Shown one piece after another: positions 51,959-58,840 of a DNA stretch of 58,840 nucleotides (position 1 is the first letter of the stretch; each line of letters opens with the position of its first letter). A program made the position numbers and the translations under genes. Under the pieces are notes generated by a model that was not told the origin of the DNA, did no database searches, and was given only the letters and a program-made list of their open reading frames with translations. The stretch lies in contig DCKY01000283.1 of NCBI GenBank assembly GCA_002320775.1, forward strand, positions 1 through 58,840, read 5' to 3'. This DNA comes from Planctomycetes bacterium UBA1662. GTDB taxonomy: Bacteria; Planctomycetota; UBA8108.

Positions 51959-52972
51959 TCAATTGTCCCGGGGAACCGCGAGCATGCGCTCAAGGCTGCG
52001 GCGGGCTCCGCCGGCCACCTCCTCGTCCACCAGGACCTCGAAGACATCTTCCTCCAGCGATCTCTTGATCTGGGGAAGGTCGATCATCTTCATGTAGGGA
52101 CAGTGGAGCCGACAACCGATACACCCATCCGCCATGACGAACTCCTTGTCCGGATAGGCCAGGCGGAGACGGTAGACCAGGGCCCACTCTGTCGCGACGA
52201 TGAAGGTGCCGGCCTCGGGATGCCGCGAAACGGCATCGAACATACCGGCCGTCGAACAGATCTCATCAGCCAGCTGAAGAACATCCTCACGACATTCAGG
52301 GTGGGCGATGATGACCGCCTCGGGATGTGAATTGCGGCTCTTGTCGAGGCTCGCCTCGCGCAACACGTCGTGGGTCGGACAGACCCCATCGTAGATCACG
52401 ACATCCTTCTCCGGCAGCTGCTTCGCGACCCAGCCTCCAAGGTTGCGGTCCGGAGTAAACAGGATCTTGTCGTTGTCGAGGCTGCGAACGACGGAGACCG
52501 CGTTACCCGAGGTGCAACAGATGTCCGACAAGGCCTTCACCTCGGCGCTCGAATTGATATAGGTCACCACCTCCCGGCCGGGATATCGCGTTTTCCAGTC
52601 CTCGAGTGACTCGGGGCTGATGGAGTCGGCCAGGGAGCAGCCGGCGGCAAGATTAGGCAACAGCACCTTCTTTTCCGGGTTGAGTATTTTCGCGGACTCC
52701 GCCATGAAGTGAACTCCGCAAAATATGATTCGCTCGGCATCGGTCTTGGCGGCCTTCATCGCCAGCGCCAGGGAGTCCCCCAGCTCATCCGCCACCTCCT
52801 GGACAGCGGGAAGCTGGTAGTTGTGAGCCAGGATCACTGCGTTGCGCTCACGGGCCAGCAGGCGAATTTCCTCCTGGAGAGCCCGGATTCCAGCCAGGTC
52901 CGCCCCCTCCACATTCCAGGGGTCGGGTGTTTCAAATGAAGCCAGGGAAACGGTTGCCTGCTCGTTTGTCAT
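51959..52972 (-). CDS. nadA: Quinolinate synthase A
   Basis: Contains NAVILAHNYQLPAVQEVAD..GDSLALA...VHFMAESAKILNP...CSLADS...YINSSAEVKA..D.CCTSGNA, with cluster-ligand cysteines present. Confidence 0.9.
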   Translation of the reverse strand: MTNEQATVSLASFETPDPWNVEGADLAGIRALQEEIRLLARERNAVILAHNYQLPAVQEVADELGDSLALAMKAAKTDAERIIFCGVHFMAESAKILNPEKKVLLPNLAAGCSLADSISPESLEDWKTRYPGREVVTYINSSAEVKALSDICCTSGNAVSVVRSLDNDKILFTPDRNLGGWVAKQLPEKDVVIYDGVCPTHDVLREASLDKSRNSHPEAVIIAHPECREDVLQLADEICSTAGMFDAVSRHPEAGTFIVATEWALVYRLRLAYPDKEFVMADGCIGCRLHCPYMKMIDLPQIKRSLEEDVFEVLVDEEVAGGARRSLERMLAVPRDN

Positions 52973-53181
52973 CTTTCACCACCCCTTGCCAGGTCCTGGC
53001 CTGAGATCCTGGCGCCGGGCTGAGGCTGAACCGCATCCGTGCCTCCCGGGAAAATTCTCCAGAACTCTTTCTTCAGCAGATTGGTGATGGTCGAGCTCTT
53101 GGAAAACCCATGGTACTGCGCAACGGCCTCGAGCATTTCGAGCTCCTGCTCCGTGGCGGTAAAACTACGGACTATTTTCAT
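52969..53181 (-). CDS. Small ribbon-helix-helix (CopG/Arc/MetJ-like) putative DNA-binding protein
   Basis: MKIVRSFTATEQELEMLEAVAQYHGFSKSSTITNLLKKEF fits a beta-strand / helix / turn / helix RHH layout. Its stop overlaps the nadA ATG as ATGA at 52969-52972. The track ORF extends to a TTG at 53232, and I prefer the ATG at 53181. Confidence 0.5.
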   Translation of the reverse strand: MKIVRSFTATEQELEMLEAVAQYHGFSKSSTITNLLKKEFWRIFPGGTDAVQPQPGARISGQDLARGGER

Positions 53182-53232
53182 ACGGCTGCTTTCATGGGAT
53201 GGCTCCCTTAATGACCTTAACTCTTGGGACAA

Positions 53233-53553
53233 TTGTATTTATATCTTATATATAAAACCTATAAGAACGCCCAGTTTATCGGAATCCTGGAGAATGTCAA
53301 CCCGGCAGGACAGCCCAAGTTGATTATATCTTAAGTAGTTATTTTTAATACATTTAGATACTTTGTGAAAAATATCACAAAAAGCTCTTGAAGCATTGCT
53401 TGCAACGACTTAGTTTACCGGCAGAAGCCTTATGGCTCGAAGGTTCGACCTTGTTAAAGATCTTCCCCTTAATACATGCAGTTTCCCTCACCGGCCAGTG
53501 GACTGAAAAACCTCCACGACCCGGGCTTTTCAGGCGGTTGGCTGAGTAAGTAG
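53233..53553. promoter_or_regulatory. AT-rich divergent control region between the RHH-nadA unit and the nuo operon 2
   Basis: This is the only strongly AT-rich stretch in the window. It separates divergently oriented genes and contains the exact 10-nt direct repeat TTATATCTTA at 53239-53248 and 53324-53333. No confident -35/-10 assignment could be made. Confidence 0.4.
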
Positions 53554-53949
53554 ATGAATATCATCGCCGAGCATACAAGCTATCTGGGCAAGTTTCTTCC
53601 CATAGCGGTCTATGTCGTCGTCGTGCTCCTGACCGGGGTCACGATGCTCAGTCTCCCCGCAATCCTGGGACCGAAGAAAAAGATAGCCGGCAAGGGCCTC
53701 CCCTACGAGTGTGGGGTCCCGCTCCTGGGAGAAACCCGCCAGCGCTTCTCGATACGCTTCTATCTCGTCGCGATCCTCTTCGTTCTTTTCGACATCGAGA
53801 CCGTCTTTCTCATCCCCTGGGCTCTCACCTACCAGGAATTGTTCGGAAGCCTGGGCTGGGTCGTGGTAGCCGAGATGCTCGTCTTCATCGGAATCCTCTT
53901 TACCGGATATGTTTACGCCTGGAAGCGAGGAGGCCTGGATTGGGATTAG
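53554..53949 (+). CDS. nuoA: NADH-quinone oxidoreductase subunit A (operon 2)
   Basis: Contains YECGVP...[26 protein letters not shown]. Confidence 0.85.
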   Translation: MNIIAEHTSYLGKFLPIAVYVVVVLLTGVTMLSLPAILGPKKKIAGKGLPYECGVPLLGETRQRFSIRFYLVAILFVLFDIETVFLIPWALTYQELFGSLGWVVVAEMLVFIGILFTGYVYAWKRGGLDWD

Positions 53950-54512
53950 AAAAGCTCCTCGGCGACAACATCATCACGACCTCGGTCGACTCGGTGGCCA
54001 AGTGGGCCCGCAAGAACGCTCTCTGGCCGATGCCTTTCGGGACAGCTTGCTGCGCGATCGAGATGATGGCCACCCTCTCCGGACGCTTCGACATGGCGCG
54101 GTTTGGAGCGGAGGTCATCCGCTTCTCTCCCAGGCAGGCTGACCTGATGATCGTCTCTGGAAGGATCTCGATCAAGATGATGCCCGTCCTGCTGAAAATC
54201 TACGAGCAGATGCCGGAGCCCAAGTGGGTCATCTCGATGGGTGCCTGCGCCTCCAGCGGAGGCGTGTTCGACACCTACACCCTGGTGCAGGGCGTCGATC
54301 AATTCCTCCCGGTCCATTGCTACATACCCGGCTGCCCCCCCCGGCCGGAGTCGCTGCTCGATGCACTGATGAAAATCCAGGACATCATCGACGAGGAAGA
54401 TTCCGATGGCAAGGCGGAGGAGGACAGGGAGAAACCAGAACCTGAAACCGAAGAGGAGACCGGAGATTCCGTCTCCGCAGAACAAGAGGTAGTCGAGCCC
54501 AGCGGCTCCTGA
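53940..54512 (+). CDS. nuoB: NADH-quinone oxidoreductase subunit B (operon 2), with acidic C-terminal tail
   Basis: Contains [15 protein letters not shown]...[13 protein letters not shown]...[15 protein letters not shown] place the start at the TTG at 53940, 6 nt after GAGGAGG. The track ORF start at 53709 lies inside nuoA and is rejected. The tail reads [39 protein letters not shown]. Confidence 0.9.
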   Translation: MGLEKLLGDNIITTSVDSVAKWARKNALWPMPFGTACCAIEMMATLSGRFDMARFGAEVIRFSPRQADLMIVSGRISIKMMPVLLKIYEQMPEPKWVISMGACASSGGVFDTYTLVQGVDQFLPVHCYIPGCPPRPESLLDALMKIQDIIDEEDSDGKAEEDREKPEPETEEETGDSVSAEQEVVEPSGS

Positions 54513-54531
54513 CTCGGAATGAACGCCTGAA

Positions 54532-55101
54532 ATGGGAACACCCCTGACGCCAGAACAGATCACCGAACGCCTGTCGAAGCAATTCGGCGACGAGCTTTCG
54601 GTCCACCTGCCGCCCGGCAAGAGCGCGGCCCAGGTCGCCATCGTCAGCCGCGAATCGCTCGAAGACACGCTCAGCTTCCTGCAATCAGAGGCCGGCCTGG
54701 AATTCGACTTCCTGGTAGACGTAACGGCTGTCGACTACCTCCATTTTGATGAGCCCTCGATCCAGGAACGATTCGCCGCCGTCTACCAGCTCTATTCGAC
54801 CATCCACAACCACCGGTTCACGCTGAAGACTCCCGTCCCGGAGGACGACGCCTGGGTCCCCAGCGCCGTCGAGCTCTGGGGATCGGCCTTGTGGGCGGAG
54901 CGGGAGACCCACGACATGTACGGGATCCGCTTTAAAGGTAACCCTGACATGCGGCGCCTGCTGATGCCGGAAGACTTCCCCGGCTTTCCCCTCAGGAAAG
55001 ACTACCCCCTGCGGGGCCGCGGCGAACGGGATGCCTTCCCTCAATACCTTGACTCCGGGCCCATCTCTGGCGGCGCCGGGAAAGAAGGAGGTGGCGGGTG
55101 A
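54532..55101 (+). CDS. nuoC: NADH-quinone oxidoreductase subunit C (operon 2)
   Basis: Contains WGSALWAERETHDMYGIRFKGNPDMRRLLMPEDFPGFPLRKDYPL. Confidence 0.9.
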   Translation: MGTPLTPEQITERLSKQFGDELSVHLPPGKSAAQVAIVSRESLEDTLSFLQSEAGLEFDFLVDVTAVDYLHFDEPSIQERFAAVYQLYSTIHNHRFTLKTPVPEDDAWVPSAVELWGSALWAERETHDMYGIRFKGNPDMRRLLMPEDFPGFPLRKDYPLRGRGERDAFPQYLDSGPISGGAGKEGGGG

Positions 55102-56444
55102 GCGAAAAACGAAAAGCTCCCGGCATGCCCGCTGAAGGCGCTGAACAAAGCCCCCCGGAGACGCTCGGCCTCGAGCTCCTGCGAAAGGGACTGGCCGCCG
55201 ACCCCGAATACCGCGGCGAACATCCCGAGCCCCGATTCTTCATCACGGATGAAGCTGAAGACGATTTCGGCGGGAAGACCATGACCCTGAACCTCGGCCC
55301 CCAGCATCCGGCCACCCACGGGACACTGCGGGTCGTTCTGAAGGTGCGCGGCGAAAAGATTGTCGCGGCTGATACCGAGATCGGCTTCCTGCACACCGGG
55401 TTCGAGAAGCTTTCGGAGCACATGAGCTACCAGCAGTGGGTCACTGTCACCGACCGCATGAACTACATGTCTGCGATGAACAACAATGTCGGCTACGCCA
55501 TCGCCTGCGAAGAGCTTCTCGGAGTTGAGGTGCCGCGCAGGGCGCAGGTCATCCGGGTCATCCTCAGCGAGTTCTCACGCCTCGCCGACCACATCGTCTG
55601 CAACGGCCTGGCGGGAATGGACGTCGGCGCCTTCAGCCTGATGTTCTGGGCTTTCGAGCGGCGTGAAAAAGTCTACGATCTCATGGAGGCCGTCACCGGC
55701 ACCCGGCTGACCACCAGCTACACCCGCATCGGCGGGGTCTTCCGCGACGTACCCGCGGACTTCGACTCGATGGTCAAGAACCTCGTCACCGAGTTCAGAC
55801 GGTTCCTCGAAGAGATGAGGTCGATGACGCTCGGCAACCGGATCTTTGAGGATCGTATGCGCGGAGTGGGGATCATCTCCTCCGCGGATGCGGTCAATTG
55901 GGGACTCACTGGCCCCATCCTGCGGGCCAGTGGAATCGCCTACGATGTCCGGAAGGCCAGGCCGTACAGCGGCTATGAACGCTACGACTTCGAGGTGCCT
56001 ACGCAGGAAGGAGGCGACAGCTACTCGCGCTTCGTCCAGAGACTTGAAGAATGCGAACAGAGCCTCGACATCATCTCCCAGGCCATCGAGGACCTGCCGG
56101 AGGGGCCTGTTCTGAGCGAGGACAAGAAGATCTCCCTGCCTGAGAAAGACGAGGTCCACCAGAACATTGAGAGCCTGATCCATCACTTCAAGCAGATCAT
56201 GTTCGGACACGGCATCCTGCCTGAACGAGGCCGCGAGGTCTACTCCTCCACAGAGAGCCCCAACGGAGAGCTGGGCTTCTATATAGTGTCAGATGGAGAG
56301 ATGAACTCCTACAAGACCCGGGTACGACCTCCCTCGATCTTCCACTTTGCTGTACTCCCGAAGCTGATCGAGGGCCTGATGATCAGCGATGCCGTCGCCG
56401 TGCTCGCCACCCTGAACGTCATAGCGGGAGAACTTGACCGATGA
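55098..56444 (+). CDS. nuoD: NADH-quinone oxidoreductase subunit D (operon 2), with an N-terminal extension of about 45 aa
   Basis: Contains LNLGPQHPATHGTLRVVL...EIGFLHTGFEKL...DRMNY and ends ...ATLNVIAGELDR. Confidence 0.95.
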   Translation: MSEKRKAPGMPAEGAEQSPPETLGLELLRKGLAADPEYRGEHPEPRFFITDEAEDDFGGKTMTLNLGPQHPATHGTLRVVLKVRGEKIVAADTEIGFLHTGFEKLSEHMSYQQWVTVTDRMNYMSAMNNNVGYAIACEELLGVEVPRRAQVIRVILSEFSRLADHIVCNGLAGMDVGAFSLMFWAFERREKVYDLMEAVTGTRLTTSYTRIGGVFRDVPADFDSMVKNLVTEFRRFLEEMRSMTLGNRIFEDRMRGVGIISSADAVNWGLTGPILRASGIAYDVRKARPYSGYERYDFEVPTQEGGDSYSRFVQRLEECEQSLDIISQAIEDLPEGPVLSEDKKISLPEKDEVHQNIESLIHHFKQIMFGHGILPERGREVYSSTESPNGELGFYIVSDGEMNSYKTRVRPPSIFHFAVLPKLIEGLMISDAVAVLATLNVIAGELDR

Positions 56445-56927
56445 GCGATGCTCCCGCCGTGAAAAAGAAATTCTCGAATAAGGGTCTCGAGTTCATCGAG
56501 TGGCTCCTGGGACGCTACCCGAACAAACAGGCGGCTCTCCTGCCGGTGCTGAGGCTGGCCGAGGAGGAGTTTGGCAACATCGACAATGACTCGGTGATGC
56601 TGGCAGCTGAGACCCTCGAGCTCTCTCCAGGCTATGTCTGGGGAGTCCTCACCTTCTATACCCACTACCGCAGGGAGGGCGACGGCAAATACCTGCTGCA
56701 GGTCTGCAGCACCCTGCCCTGCGCACTCAGGGGATGCCGGGATATCCAGCACCGCCTTGAAGAGAAACTTGGAATCGAGGCAGGCGAGACCACAGAGGAT
56801 GGCCTCTTCACGCTGAAGAAGGTCGAATGCCTGGGTTCCTGCGACACGGCCCCGGTAGTGCAGGTCAACGAAAAGTACCACGAGAACCTCGACATCGAGG
56901 AATTAGATCGATTGCTGGAGACGCTGC

Positions 56928-56935
<8 letters not shown>
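56441..56935 (+). CDS. nuoE: NADH-quinone oxidoreductase subunit E (2Fe-2S)
   Basis: Contains LLPVLRLAEEEFG...LQVCSTLPCALRGC...VECLGSCDTAPVVQVNEKY. Confidence 0.9.
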
Positions 56936-58301
<1,366 letters not shown>

Positions 58302-58331
58302 AGAAAACGGAACGACCGGAATACACAAAAT

Positions 58332-58840
58332 ATGACTGAGAAGCAGACAGTAAAGCTGACGATCAACGGCGAGGAGGTAGAGGCCCCCGCCGGAGAGATG
58401 CTCATCAAGGTCTGTCATGACCGGGGGCTGGATGTACCCTTTTTCTGTTATCACCCGGGGCTGGTTCCCGAGGGCAACTGCCGGATGTGCCTGGTGGAGG
58501 TCGTCAAGGCGCCCAAGCCCATGCCCGCCTGCACGACCCCCGTAACCGAAGGCATGGAGATCGAGACCCACTCCGAACCTGCGAAGGAGGCCCGGGCCGA
58601 TGTGCTCGAGTTCATGCTGACGAACCACCCGCTCGACTGCCCGATCTGTGATAAATCGGGAGAGTGCCTGCTCCAGGACAACTCCTACGCCCACGGCAAC
58701 GATGGTTCCCGCATGGTCGACGTCAAGCAGCTCAAGCCGACCAAGGACCTCGGCAACGGCGTGAAGCTGTGGGGAAATCGCTGCATCTCCTGCACCCGCT
58801 GCGTGCGTTTCTGCAGCGACATCGCCGGCAGCGGCGAGCT
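58332..58840 (+). CDS. nuoG: NADH-quinone oxidoreductase subunit G, N-terminal part (runs off the right edge)
   Basis: Not in the ORF track because no stop codon falls in the window. My translation from the ATG at 58332 is MTEKQTVKLTINGEEVEAPAGEMLIKVCHDRGLDVPFFCYHPGLVPEGNCRMCLVEV...HPLDCPICDKSGECLLQD...CISCTRCVRFC. This gives the 2Fe-2S and 4Fe-4S motifs of NuoG. Confidence 0.9.
   Translation, partial: MTEKQTVKLTINGEEVEAPAGEMLIKVCHDRGLDVPFFCYHPGLVPEGNCRMCLVEVVKAPKPMPACTTPVTEGMEIETHSEPAKEARADVLEFMLTNHPLDCPICDKSGECLLQDNSYAHGNDGSRMVDVKQLKPTKDLGNGVKLWGNRCISCTRCVRFCSDIAGSGE

Noticed and set aside
53709-53939. Upstream part of the 267-aa track ORF for NuoB (operon 2)
   Set aside because: It overlaps nuoA in another frame. 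Conserved NuoB sequence begins just after the TTG at 53940, which has a GAGGAGG Shine-Dalgarno 6 nt upstream.
53946-54668. 240-aa minus-strand ORF
   Set aside because: It is antisense to nuoB and nuoC of operon 2, so it is a shadow ORF.

Overview
GC-rich bacterial chromosomal segment with about 50 tightly packed genes. Nearly all lie on the minus strand up to about 53.2 kb, then the direction switches to plus. I recognised no rRNA, tRNA, CRISPR array, transposase or integrase.

(1) Positions 1-14018: a co-directional envelope cluster. In transcription order it holds a PilM-PilN fusion, a PilO-like protein, an unknown membrane-anchored protein with a Lys/Pro tail, and a secretin with a fused N-terminal TPR module. 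These are followed by a 980-aa and a 352-aa TPR protein, ExbB, two ExbD paralogs, and an acidic Glu/Pro tandem-repeat lipoprotein that runs off the left edge. This secretin plus PilMNO-like plus TPR plus ExbBD combination is the most system-like and least textbook part of the window. An 867-bp non-coding region with promoter-like and terminator-like signals lies upstream of it.

(2) Positions 14.9-38.7 kb: housekeeping genes, many joined by 4-nt overlaps. They are family-4 UDG, mtaB, coaD, lptD, a TPR/thioredoxin-like lipoprotein, comEC, mtnA, purE, purC, ruvC, der, a NUDIX hydrolase, mnmG, aroA, a fadB/fadA-like pair and a secreted VWA protein.

(3) Positions 38.7-58.8 kb: two complex I loci. 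A minus-strand 11-gene nuoABCDHIJKLMN operon lacks nuoEFG and has unusually enlarged membrane subunits, with an unknown gene at each end. A plus-strand nuoABCDEFG... operon runs off the right edge. Between them lie nadA and a small ribbon-helix-helix gene, next to an AT-rich divergent control region.

The gene content, especially the PilM / PilO-like / secretin cluster, suggests a PVC-group (Verrucomicrobia-like) organism. That is inference only.
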